Positions 40,046 through 53,346 of a stretch of DNA of 64,000 nt are shown here, piece by piece; position 1 is the first letter of the stretch, and each line of letters opens with the position of its first letter. The notes under the pieces were generated by a model. The model saw only the letters and a list, made by a program, of their open reading frames with translations, did no database searches and had not been told where the DNA came from. This stretch comes from Paragordius varius (taxonomy: Eukaryota; Animalia; Nematomorpha). A program made the position numbers and the translations under genes. The stretch is from contig OZ176050.1 of the NCBI GenBank assembly GCA_964247055.1, positions 4,092,001 to 4,156,000 of the forward strand, written 5' to 3'.

Positions 40046-41653
40046 TATACCATTTCCCAGCCAAAAAACGTTTTTCATTCAATCCAAACGATTTCCCAGT
40101 CAATCGATACATTTTCCCAGTCAGTTGAAACGTTTCAGTCAATCGAAACATTATCCCAGCCAATAAAGCGGTTTTATTTATAAAAAATAACAAGATATAC
40201 CATTTTCACTTCAAGAGTGTCGAACACTTCAAGGTCCTTGAACATTTCAAGTTGGCGCTTGAACCATTCAAGTTGGTCCTTTAACACTTCAAGTTGGTCC
40301 TTTGACTCTTTTATTTTATAGTTTTATCGATCAAATCGTATATCATTCATCTATTTTATCGTTTTTAACCTATTTTCTATTATTAACTTTTTAAATCAAT
40401 ATCAAATTTAAAGTTATTGAGAAACCGTATATCCTTATTAATTTTTAAAATTTTAAACATAAATAAGATTTTAAAACGTAATTAAAAAATATATGCTTGG
40501 GTTTTATATTTTACAATGTTTCATGAAATATATCTGAAAGTTAATAATTTTGTTAAATTGGATAAAATTAGAAAAATTGGGTTTGAATAAAATTTTTTAT
40601 TTTCATATGAATAATTATATAATAAATAAAGAAAATGATGTTAATTAAAATAAAAAAATACATGCAAAGATTATGGTTATATTAAAATTTAAATAAGGAC
40701 CAACTAGAAGTTTCAAGGACGAACGTAAATAACTTAACCATTATCCGCAATATAAAGATATTATTTTTTATAAAAATACAATTATTAAATGGAAATTTTT
40801 CTTGTATTATCCAATACACAATCATTAATGACGTATTCTTTTAAAGTTGTATTTTATTAACTGGATGAGTATTTTATGGAATTTGAGATATTTCTGATAA
40901 AATATTTAATAATTATTTTATTTTATGGTTCGCATTAATCGGGGCTAACTTATAAAATCTTTAATTTCAATATAATTAAATATACCATTTTTATTGGTCA
41001 GGTAAATTTTGGATTTCAAACATGTCAAGTTTGTCGATACTGTCGGGAAAAAATTTCTTAACAAATATTGGACATAAAATATTTTTGACAAAATATTAAA
41101 TAAAAGAAGATATTTGAGTAGAGGATAATACATTTTATAAATTAGGTTAAAGTTGTATATGTTTAAAATTCGATTTGAAGTATGAAATGACCAATTTGGG
41201 ATGAAAATGGTAGATATTTTTAAACTTCATTAAAACTATAGATTTTAGAGGTTAACCCCGAATATTGATGTAAAATAATAAAACTATTATTTTCTTAAAA
41301 ATATCTTGAAAACCATAAATTCAGTTAATATATAGCTATTAAAGAATAAGTCATTAATGATTGTGTATTGGATTATATAGGAAAAATTGTCATCCAATAA
41401 TGTGTTCTTATAAATAATAAGATTCTAATATTACGCTTAAGTTATTTATATCTTGTTTTAATATTTATCATCAAAAATAAAACCGTTTTTATTGACTGGG
41501 AAAATGTTTGGATTAACTGGGAAAACGTTTTGATTGACTGGAAAAACGTTTTTATTGACCGGGACGTTTCGATTGACTGGGAAAATGTGTCGATTAACTG
41601 GGGAATCGTTTCGATTGACTGGGAAAACATTTCTTTGGCAGGGAAATGGTATA
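40046..41653. mobile_element. TATACCATTT-ended foldback element (subfamily ii) with a nested subfamily iii element (about 40195-40725)
   Basis: TIR TATACCATTTCCCAGCCAAA / TTTGGCAGGGAAATGGTATA with 21-bp arrays at both ends. The nested element begins TATACCATTTTCACTTCAAG and has GAACACTTCAAGTTGGTCCTT repeats. Confidence 0.8.
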
Positions 41654-44600
41654 TTTCATCAGGTTTTTTGTGGACAATGTGTCATCTGTAGTTTGTGATA
41701 TATTTTAGTGTTTTGGAATAAATCATCTGGTCACCAATAATAGTCTAAATATAAAAATGTCCGCAATACCTTTTGAGCAGGGCTGATTACCCTTTCGGCA
41801 TATATGAGCCGGATATTTGGTTTGACAGATAGAATGGTTTGATTGCAGAGTCGGGATATTTTTATAATTTCCATATAATAAAATAAATAAACTTTTACTT
41901 TTTAAATCACTCGTTGAAAATGTGTTAGTATTTGATGATAAATATTTACATAAATTTTGTTAATGGTAGGCGCATAAATTACTATGGTTTGCATTGTGTA
42001 ATGCTCCCTTACGAACTCAAATGTATGATAGCAAACGCAAACCATGCAAGACTTGACTCTGACGAGACTGCTTGCCATTACGTGGGACAATCACATCTCG
42101 GCAAGCAATGTTGGAGCCGCTGATATTCGAGTAGTCTGGTTACCAATCTCCGGCATATCTTTTGGCCAGAGGTGAGAGGACTTCAAAGCAAGGTCAACGG
42201 CTATTTATCCCGGGTTAGTCTCTCAATTAATGGTAAAGCTGAAACATGGTGGCACGAAGGGGTAACGTTGACACTTGTGATGTCTAATATCTCCAAAATT
42301 GGTCTACTTCAAAGGCCATACTCATTTAGAAGCAATTGAAGACCCCTTTTACAAGATAAGATCTTAAAATGACTTTACATATGACTCAACATAAAACCAT
42401 TGACTATATTTTGAGGAGTAAGGACCAAATTGTTTGTAGGTTATTTAGAATCAAATATTCTTTTACATACCTAACAGGGTGAAATTATTTTAATAGACAT
42501 ATAATATATATATATAAGCTTATTAACCATACGAACTTACATTAAGACACCTAACATAACGGCATTATGTATGTGATAATAACATCAAACATAATCAGAG
42601 ATGTCTCTTCGCTCTAAAACTCCATGCGTTACGGGTAGGTAGGGAATGCTTTGACGGCAGGTGGCCGTTGATCTTCATTCGCTACGCCCTTTACTTGTAG
42701 ATTGTCAAGATTCCCACAGTTGCGGATGTCACCGTCTAACAGCTGACTCGCTATTCGGACCGAGTTCGGCTCGTCAATAATCTACTGCAGCCACTAGCAC
42801 AAGGTTGAACAACCCGAATAATATTTTCGCGTGACTTACGGTTACATGTATCGCCGGCTACCTCAATTCCTGGAACTGGGATATATGAATGCAATCCAAC
42901 TGCTTGTAATAAACGACTTTGCTTTAACCGTGTGGTGTAGAGTGGGATTCGACACAAACTTTAACTCTTTTGTGCGGCAAAGGGAGGATTCTGTGTTTAA
43001 ATGGTATCCCACTTGGATTTTTTGTTTGCACATATGCCGGCCGAATTCCAACTGACCGAAAAGCAGAACTCATGGGCTTAAAATGGGTAATATATTTAGC
43101 TTAAATTGATTCAAGTGTCGAATGCTTGAAACAAGATTATGTTCGCTCGAATAATCCAACGGTCGTTCCGGACATCATTGCACAATTGGATAAGCGTAAA
43201 GATATATCAGGTTTTAACTTAAAAATAATTTATTTATTGACAAATAAAAAAAAGTTTTCAACTGCATTCATGCGTTAAATGTGTTTGGTGATCGTAATTA
43301 TTCCATTACTTTTATTTTAAAGTATAATTTAATTTAAACAATAAATAATTTTCAAAAATTGAATTAGTAGGTTTAAGCGCTAGGAAGGTTTCGGCCCCCA
43401 TCCATATATTTGCAAATTAAAAGCTCGACTGAAGAAATATTAAAAATTGGATCGATTGTGATCGTCGGATTTATTAATGATAGTTTTCTAGTTTATAATT
43501 TGATGGGTATACCCGTTTTCTAAATATTTTTACCAGATAACATTTTATACTTTTATAATCGCAGCTAAAACTAAACTTAACAATTATCTAAATAACATAG
43601 ACGCTGAAAATGTTATTTAAATTGTAGGATTTTGTGGATATTACTTCTAGATTAAAAACCCACCCTATTTTTATAGTTTTAATATTATTTTGAAAATTTA
43701 AATACCTCCTCAAAATTTGCAAATAAAATTATTTATCTTTTTCGCTCTAATCTATTAATTATAATTATTGTAAATGATGGAGAATATTGACGTTAAAACA
43801 TAACATTGATTGTTGATAGTTTATTTACATTTTTTTTAAAACAATCATTATATCCGTACAAAATCTTAAATTTAATTAAACACCCGAAATAATATTTATA
43901 TAAAAAACAGTAATGCTTTCGAATATCAACTCTAATTGAGTATCACATGCCTAACTTTTAAAAACCTCCAAAGAATCATATAGACTTGGTATCGACCAAA
44001 GCCCACTCTAATATAGTATTTTTAATCTATTTCAAAACGTCTATCAATATGCTTATGTGTAATTCAATTATTACATATTTACGATATTTTTTTATGAATT
44101 CTGTGTAATTTAAAACTATTCCGTAAAAGATTTTTCATGATGGAAATATACAATTTAGATTCGAATGAAACGAAAAGAATCCTTTTAATAATAACTATAG
44201 GAACCCAGTTTATTGGGTTATATTTTATTTAATTATCAAATGCATTGTCACTATAATTCCTTTATTTCTTCTATAAATTTATTGGTAACTCATATATGAA
44301 ATACAAATTTAACCTCGAAAAATCTGAATTAACCTTTGAACAACCCAATTTACCCTAAAATATGTGTTAAATTTATATATTTTTATATTTTAAAAAATGA
44401 AATTTTATTTAATGTTAGGGTATGAAAAAATGATAAACTATGCCATAGAGAAATAATTTATATTAATGGATGGGATGGTATATTTTTGATATTTAACACC
44501 GTAAAATTTTACCTATAAAGTTGTATATGCTTGTAGATTTAACACTTTGATTAAAGATTTAGGTCATTTTTTTGTTAAAGATCTGTTGATAAACATTTTT

Positions 44601-44657
44601 TATTCAATTCCTAATATATTATAAATTTGTGATAGAACTTGTTGGAATAATCTTTTC

Positions 44658-44920
44658 TTATTATATATGGAATCAATCAGCAAAAATTATATAATTTATT
44701 ATAATATAATATTTCGATTACTACAAGTAATCTTTGTCAAACGAAAAAATAAAATTAAAATATAAACTAAAATTTAAATTATAAAGTAAAAATATTTAAT
44801 GAAACTAAAAAAACATGTGTGTATTGTTAATTTCGTTTGACAAAGATTACTTGTAGTAATCGAAATATTTATATTATAATAAATTATATAATTTTTGCTG
44901 ATTGATTCCATATATAATAA
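44658..44920. repeat. Near-perfect ~89-bp inverted repeat with an ~84-bp spacer
   Basis: 44658-44746 is the reverse complement of 44831-44920 apart from about one small indel. Confidence 0.9.
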
Positions 44921-45399
44921 TACAATCACACTTCAGCGTAAACAATATCCAATCTTTTCTTATTTTACGTATTTATTCGAAAATAAATTTTACATGAGTC
45001 TATATTAGGATTAACCGCCAATAGTCAAACAATGAAAAGCAGAGTTTAGGACATTAATAATTAGATGCAACAAAGGAGTCAGCCTTTTCCAATGAAATTC
45101 CCCCTAACCAAATGGGAAAAGGGCTCATATCATCAAAAAGTAAAAATATTTATTAAATTGATATGGAAATGTTTGTTGATGGAATATGATATAATAATAT
45201 AAAGTTTAGAGTCTCTTTTTTCCTTTTTTATATTTAAGGGTAAGAACTTAAATTGTATCCGGACTTGTCAAGACCTTAACACTCGCCTGCCTAGGGCTGA
45301 CAGTGATGATGGTATACCTACCATACCATAACGCCTCTTTGTAATTTAATAATTTTTTAAAGTATAAATAAATATTTATAAACTTGACCTAGGTTTTAG

Positions 45400-46800
45400 T
45401 ACAATTCTAATTAATCATTCAAATGTTTTCCCAAATATATATACTTAAATACTAATTTCTCACGACATAGATGGACTTTGAATTTTTGAAAACTGGGAAT
45501 GTAAATAAAACCTTATAATAATAAATTTAAATTTTTTATATTTAAATTTAAACAATTTATAAAAGGAGACGTCTTTTAAATATTAGAAAATTAATAAAAA
45601 TCTTAAATTAAAATTTAAATATTTTAATTGAGTTGACAATAATATTTTAATTAATATAATTTAAAAAAAAATTTCTGCTTTTATCCATTTATGAAATGTT
45701 ATTTAAAATAATATATAATGTTTTTTTGGGGACTAATATAAAATTCACCAATGTGAAAGCTCACAAATTAATTTGATAAACCGCACTATTAAAAAGCTTG
45801 AATAGAGATTCTGTTGATGATAAAATGATTGAATCATGAATTTTAATTTTTATTAATTTTTCTTCATCCTTGTTTTTCTTGAAGATTGAAAATCGAAAAT
45901 AAACGACTTAACCTCTTTTTATTAATATTGACTTTTTTGCTTTATTAATTCCTGTTTTGGGAGCGCTCTTCTGGAGAATGTAGAAATCAAAATAAGATAT
46001 CGCAAAAGGTAAATAGCAATAAACAGATTATATTCACCTTATTTTTTGGATATAAAAAGTAAACTCAAAGTTAAAAACAAATAACAACCAAGAGAGTGTT
46101 AAGGAACTATGCATTTTCGAAAGACAAATCATTTAATGGAGACTCTGGGGACCGCCAAACCCAAAGAAGCGCTCACTTCAAATATAAAAACAGAATTAAA
46201 GAAAAAATGGTCAATAATAATAGAAAGAGGTTAAGTCGTTTATTTTTAATCTTCAAGAAAAGAAACAAAGAAGAAAAAAAATTAATAAAAATTTAAGTTC
46301 ATTATTCAATCATTCTGGCATCAACAGAATCTATATCCAAGTATTACAATGGTACGGTTTTTAATTAAATTAATTGAATCGTTTTGCCACTGAATTTTAT
46401 GACATAAGTCTCTAAAAAAACATTAAAATTATTTTAAACATCATTTTATAAATGAATAAAAGCAGATTATTGCTAAAATTCTTTTCTAAAACCTCTAACA
46501 TTACAAAATTATTGTCAACTCAATTAAAATATTTAAATTTAAATTTGAGATTTTTGTTCATTTTTTTATTATTTAAAAAACATGGTTATATTATAAATTT
46601 TTAACACTTTTAAAAAACACCCCAATGAGGTACATTTATACTAATAATAATCGATATGCCGGAAGTTTAATGCAACACATCTAAGTAGAACTTAGGAAAA
46701 ATAAATTTTAATAAAATGCGATTATGAGAAATTTTTAACTATTTAACCATAAACAACATAATATAGTTTAATAATATTGATATTTTATTAGATTAACTAA
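45400..46800. mobile_element. Old, diverged foldback-type element with long inverted arms
   Basis: Blocks such as ATTTTAATTGAGTTGACAATAAT, GATTCTGTTGATG, AAACGACTTAACCTCT and GAGCGCT recur inverted at 46160-46560. Outer boundaries are approximate. Confidence 0.55.
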
Positions 46801-47897
46801 AAATTAATAAAAGAACTTTTTAATTTATATATATTATATTACATGGCAACAGATATCGAAAGCAATAAAGCTAAGTTTCAACGCACTCAGCCGTCGAGGA
46901 CCAATTTACCCAAGGAAAGGAAGGATAATTATAGTTAATCGAAGAAACCTTAATAAATATAAAATATGTTTCTGTATAGTTTCCAGATCCAAATCCTCAT
47001 TTATGGATTCATTTCATTTTAAGTATTAAAATATGCGTAGTCACTTGTCATGAAGTTTATTGTTTGATTATTAAATAGTAGAATTTGTTTCATTTCAAAT
47101 ATCTTGATTCCCTGTGCGTTTTATATTTTGTTTCTTATCGTCATAGCGATTCAAATATTTTTAGAATTCGTAAATTTCTACACTGCAATATAAATATACA
47201 AGAAAAATCTAAAATGTTAGGCATAAAAATTACTTTGACTCTTGCGATATATAAAATGTATCTGAAAAGCTTTTTTATACTGTATTGTATCTAATAAAAA
47301 TATCATTGTTTACAAAACCGTATTAGCTCCAATTGCCTTGTTTGATCCTCTGCTATCGATTGAAATAAAATCTATAAATATTTAAGGATGGTAATTAGCA
47401 TTTTAAAATTTTGTAGGGTTTCCTTAAGATTTTTTATTCACTTCACAAGTATTACCTTAAAAAACAAATGTTGATTTTTTAGAGTTTCCTATTATTCACT
47501 CCAAATTAAGGAATCTCTTAAAAAAAGCTTAGGAGACAGTGTTTCCTATTCTTTATTCACTCCCCCAAAGGATTTTTTATAACAAATTTCGTATTTTTTT
47601 AGCTTTAATTAATGCGTTTATATATCATAGTAATTAGATTGGAAAAAGTTCAGAAGAGATCTGCTTCAAAAACCTATATTGCTTCGAATCAGTGTAGAAA
47701 ATCGCGGATCATGAAAATATCCTGATAGAATATCGGGATTATCTATGTGCTTTTGGGTTTTGACCATTACTAGTGATATAAGAGTGTTAATAAAACTTTT
47801 TTGGTAACTATTACTAATCAGAAGGCAAAATTTACGCACATTTTTTAAAATAATTTTTTGGTGAAAGCCAACTGCTTCATTCCAAAAGATGTCATTA

Positions 47898-48243
47898 TAT
47901 ACCATTTACAATTCAATTCACCCTACCCTCGAACAATTCAATTCAAATTCACCCTCAAATAAATAACATGTTTTTTAAGATTAAAAATTACCTATATTTT
48001 AATATATTTTTAAAAAATAAAATTTTGTTTTAAATTAAAATAATACTGAAAAAAATAATTAATTATGCCATAAAGATATATTTTATATTAATAATGAGTT
48101 ATATTAGTTCGAAAACACATAATTTATTATTAGGGTGAATTTGAATTGTTCGAGGGTGAATTTGAATTGTTCAAGAGTGAATTTGAATTGTTCGAGGGTG
48201 AATTTGAATTGTTCATAGGTGAATTTGAACTGTAAATGGTATA
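47898..48243. mobile_element. TATACCATTT MITE (subfamily i) inserted into a family-E element
   Basis: TIRs TATACCATTTACAATTCA / TGAACTGTAAATGGTATA; about five tandem 21-bp units at 48132-48230. The flanks join into sequence colinear with uninterrupted 30880-31010. Confidence 0.85.
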
Positions 48244-48744
48244 TCATAAACTATATACAATACAAAATATTTTTGAATGTGGAAACCAAAAGTCCCAATT
48301 TTTTCGCTCTGCAAAATAAACTAGTTTTCTCAAATTAGACGAAAAAAGGTCGAGATTGCATAATAAAAATGTTAAATATCTGATTTTTATATCAACTAAA
48401 CCCTTTACCCTTTGACTTTTTGACCGCTTATATACCAGAGCTCAATTTTATGAATGAACTATTGCTTTAAAAGTTATTTTATTCAATTTTTATTATTAAA
48501 CATGGTTTTCATATAACGGATTTGTTTTAGTATCAACAATGGATAAAAAAATTATATTTTTTACAGTTTTGTGATTTCTAGAGTCTAAAATTGAGACAGC
48601 TCCAAAATAGGTTTGTAACGAACCGCTGTAAATAAAAATAATATAGTTTCCTGGTAATATGTAGTCTGGAATCTTTTTAAAAATAATTATTTACATTTTT
48701 AACCATAATATAATGTGCACAAAAAATTATCACAATGATATATA

Positions 48745-50480
48745 TCTATATATTTATAAAAATGGAAAATGCTGGCTTTGTGATCTGTTTCCGGAAAACC
48801 GGTAGACCCATTCAAATCCAAATATCGAAAAAATATAATCATTAATAAATGGCCCGACAATAGCTTCGCCCTTTTTTTGAAATAGGCCCCCAGTTCGGGC
48901 CCACCCCGTGTAAAAAACGGGTTTTTTTGAAAACAGAAGTTCACAAAAATCGCGTCTTTAAGACAATTTTCCGGAGAACGTGTTGGACCATTCAATTTCA
49001 AATATGATCTTTGTTTACTTATTTTCGATATTGCCGAACATAGTCGGCTCGCTTTTTTAATTTAGGCCCTCTTTTTACCCGCTCCCCCCGTAAAATGCTA
49101 CTTTTTTTAAAAAGTTAAGTCCACATAAATAATTTTGAATCTATTTTTCGCCCAAAGTATGAGACAGTAAAAATTCACTAAGGACTTCCACGTATTCCCT
49201 GTTAAAAGGCAAAAATTTTAGTCAAGCGTTTCTTTGGTGATAGCTGCTGGGTAAGGAGCTACCCGCTAAAAACTGATCCGTCATATGGAAGTGGTAGCTT
49301 TGTGAACTGTTTCCGGAAAACCGGTAGACCCATTCAAATCCAAATGTCGAAAAATATAATCATTAATGAATGCCTCGACAATAGCTCCCTTTTTTTAAAT
49401 TAGGTCCCCAGTTCGGAGGCCCACCCCATGTAAAAAACAGGCTTTTTTTGAAAGAGAAGTCCGCAAAAATAATTTTTTGATATCTATTTTTCGCCCAAAG
49501 TATGAGACCTTCAAAATTCATTCAGGATTCCAGGTATTTCCTGGTAAAAGGCAAAAATTTTAGTCAAGCGTTTCTTTGATGATAGCTGCTGGCTAAGGAG
49601 ATACCCGCTAAAAACTGCCCCGTCGTATATAGCGTACCTTTGGGGCTAAATTTCAGAAAACCTATCAGGCCATATGAGTTCAATAGCTTAATATTACCCG
49701 TAACAAGGCAAAAATTTAGGTCGTATTTTTTAAAATTATCGTTAATTAGGCCCTTCACGCCCTGAAATATGCGCCACCATAGAATGATATATTAGTTTTG
49801 AGGCAATTTTTTCAAAAATAAATGAGAGCATATGGAATCCATGATTTCAGAAAATTCGCCGCCATAGAACAATTTTTTGGTTCTGAGGAAATATTTCCAA
49901 GAACTTATGGGAACATATAGACATTATAATTCCAGATATTCGCCATATAAAGACAAAAATTTTGCCCGACGTTTTTTTGTGCCTGCCTCTGGGTAAGAGG
50001 CTACCCGCCAAAATGTGCCACTATATAAATTGCGTTGTTTTGGAAATTTAAAACTCATGCCATATGAGCTGATTTAAGGTTCGAAATATTACTTGTAACA
50101 AAAATTAGGGTCAGGCCTTTTTTTATTAGCTGTTAATTTGGGACCTTTATGCCGTAAAAATAAGCCATCATATAACGATTATTTAGTGTTAAGGTATTTT
50201 TTCAAATAACCCATGAGACGATGGTCTCAAAGATGATTCAAATATTTTCCCTATAGAGGCAAAAAATTTAAATTAGCGCTTTTCCATACAGGACTATGGG
50301 TAGGGGTCTACCGGTTTAAAACTGAGAAGCTATAAAATGGCATGACTTTAAAGCTAATTTTCAAAAAACTTAAGAAGCCATACGAGTTCAATAAAGGCTT
50401 TAAATATTACCCAAAAAAAGGTAAAAATTAAAGTATAGCGGTTTTTTCCGTTAGCCGTCAATTTGGGGCCTATACACCAA
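48745..50480 (+). mobile_element. Helitron-like element, second copy with internal tandem duplications, 3' end not seen
   Basis: A|TCTATATATTTATAAAA 5' end. Long homology to 15652-16879; modules repeated at about 48780/49310 and 49140/49480. Confidence 0.65.
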
Positions 50481-50578
50481 TAAACAATATATTAAAATGA
50501 ATGCACCGTTTTGAAAATCCTATGAGATCATAGCTATTCCGAAGGACTTCCTCGGGCTGCGTAGCAACACGTGATCTA

Positions 50579-50626
<48 letters not shown>

Positions 50627-50628
<2 letters not shown>

Positions 50629-53332
50629 CTGTGTGCAAAAAAAGGGTCAATTTTTTTTAACAAATTTTTTTTTTCATGAGATAGCTTATAACCAACAAAT
50701 TCATTTGCCGCCAAAATTTTTAGTTGACGACCTAGTTTTTGATATATTGAGAGAAAATCGAAACCGGGCAAAAAGTGAAACATAAGGTATATTAAGGAAT
50801 TCAAAAAATAATGATAAAATTTGAAATACTATGATCTACTATGATTTTAGGATATTTTTTATAAAGTCATATAGTTAGGGGTTCTATAAAATCTTAGGTC
50901 AAAAGATGGCGTTTTTCTTTCAACCTGCTTAAAAGACAAAAAATTTTTTATGAAATTATATTATAATATTTAATTATTTACTAGGTCAGGGCTTCTTAAA
51001 CTTTTGTGAGTCGCGACCCCATTTATGATCGCAAATTTCTTGGCGACCCCAATAAATATAAAAGAAAAATAAATTAATATTTGATAATATATTTATTAAA
51101 AAACAATATACATATGCATATGAAAATATATAAATTTAGAATTCGTTTTGAACAAAAAAATCATAAATTAAAATTTGCACAAATATTCCGATTATTATAA
51201 TATATTGTATAAATTTATTATGAATCAGATGTTATTGAAATATTAAAAAATGTAGATTTATTTTTGTCAATTTCTTAAAATCTAAATAGCCCTGATAAAT
51301 ATTATCAAAAAGAAACTATATAAACATTTTGATTTATTTAGCCATGATTGTGAATAAGTGCATGTTATTCCGAATTAGTCAGTTTAAATTTTTTTTCTAC
51401 AATCTACTCGTATATTGTTGGATCTACCACCAGCCACTTAAATAAATTTATTTTTATATGGGTGAAAGTATTAGTGTTAATAAAATACCAGTTGCCAATG
51501 CATTTAACGATTTTTTATTTTAATGGAAAAATAGCTGTGGAATATTCACAGATTGTGCCAGAGCGTTAACGGGCAAAAATATTGGTTATAAATGATTTTT
51601 TCAAGCTGATCATTATGATCATATAACTTTTACTCATTGCCTTATTCACCGAGAGGCTCATGCGGCAAAAAAATAGCCCCAGAATCGAACGATGTGCTTC
51701 GGGATGCTGTTAAGGTTATAAATTTTATTAAGAGCCATGCCCTTAACAGTCGCTTATTTTCAAATATCTGTAAGGAACGGATATCATCTACACATCTTTG
51801 CTATTAAATGGAGAAGCAAGATGGTTGTCAAGAGGTCAAAGTTTAAGAAGATTGTTGTTAATGGACGAGATCGAAATAATCTTAACTGAACGAAAATTAT
51901 TTGTGCTTTTTTTCAAAATTAGTTGTGATCAGATATTTTTGCGATGTTAAACGATCTTAACTTGTTTTTCCAAGGAAAAAAATGGCGATATATTTACTTC
52001 AAACAAATTCAAAGTTTTATTGAAAAGATCTTGGAAAAGTAGGGTCGAAAAATATTCGTTCGAATGTTTTCCAGTGTCGACAATTTTTTGCAGATTATTT
52101 TGATTATTAATTACCGAATAAAAAGAAAACTAAAATCTTATTACAGAAGGCACTGACAAATTAAAACTAGAATAGCAAATATAATTGTTTTTTCACAAAA
52201 GACGTTCCCAAAGACAATCTTTTCTTCAATCTTCATTAAAACATGTGAAATAGCTATGTTCGGAAGAGGAATGCTGGTATAAACAGTTTTTCGGAACCAG
52301 ATGATATAATATATATACGATAATTGTTATTTTTTTATAACAATAATTTTACAAGTTAAAAAAACATTTTTTGTTAAATTGTATTTTTATCACTCGACCC
52401 CATAATTTTGCTACACGACTCCAAATGGGGTCGCGACCCATAGTTTAAGAACCCCTGTACTAGGTAAACTCACTATTAAAATCATAACATTCATATATTC
52501 AGTAAAAAAAACTTGTATATCAAAATAAAATCAAAAAATATTGTTTTTTATTTTCCATTTTTTTGTCATCTGGTTTATAAGTGTATAAAAAATTTATACT
52601 GTTTTTTTTTGGAATCTGCATGAGTGAGAATTATAAAGTATATAATTTATGCAAAGCTTTTTAAAGTAGTGGAATATCAACCAACAATTCTTAAAAATCT
52701 CTGTAACAAGTCTGTTTAAATATTAATATTTTTGTTGGGATTTGTACGGATTGTTGGTATATTCCACTACTTTTAAATACTATTTTACATAAATTATATA
52801 GTTTATAATTCCCACTCATGTCAGTTTCCAAAATAAAACAGTATAATTTTTTTATACACTCATAAACCAGATGACAAAAAATGGAAAATTAAAAAAAAGT
52901 ATTTTTTGGTTTTATTTTAATATATAAGTTTTTTTTACTGAATAAAATATTAATGTTAAAATTTTAATAGTCAGTTTAGCTAGTAAATAATTAAAAAAAT
53001 TATTTATATTGTTTCATAAATTTTTTGGTGTTTTAAGTGTTTAAGAAAAACGCCATCTTTTGACCTGAGATTTTATATAACCCTAACTATAAGATTTTAG
53101 GCTATTTATATTAAAACTATTTCCTAGAATGATAATGAACCATAATATCTCAAGTTTATCATTTTGAATTATCCTTAATTAACCTTATTTTTCACTTTTT
53201 GCCCGATTTCGCTTTCTCTAAATATTTCAAAAACTAGGTCGTTAACAAATAAAAATTTTGGCAAATGAATACGCTGGTCATAAGCTATCTCATGAAAAAA
53301 AATATTTTGTTAAAATTTTTTTGCACACAGTG
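50627..53332. mobile_element. Palindromic Tc1/mariner-like non-autonomous element (~600-bp TIRs) interrupted by a Buster insertion
   Basis: Ends TACTGTGTGCAAAA / TTTTGCACACAGTG flanked by TA. After removing 50987-52465, the left and right halves are reverse complements around a spacer near 52700-52750. Confidence 0.75.
50987..52457 (+). mobile_element. hAT Buster/Charlie element with a frameshifted transposase remnant
   Basis: TIRs CAGGGCTTCTTAAACT / AGTTTAAGAACCCCTG; perfect TSD TACTAGGT (nnnTAnnn). About 51640-52000 reads CLIHREAHAAKK..DAVKVINFIKSHALNSRLFSNICKE / LLLNGEARWLSRGQSLRRL / LNDLNLFFQG, matching the Buster-type CxxH and RWLSRG motifs. Confidence 0.92.
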
Positions 53333-53346
53333 TATATATATTCCGA

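Noticed and set aside
41442-41630. Repetitive ORF MFSQSIETIPQLIDTFSQSIET...
   Set aside because: It is simply the translation of the 21-bp subterminal array of a foldback element.
48132-48230. Regular 21-bp repeats resembling a CRISPR array (also 33040-33110 and 41470-41630)
   Set aside because: Head-to-tail tandem units with no unique spacers, inside transposon termini, in a eukaryotic context with no cas genes.
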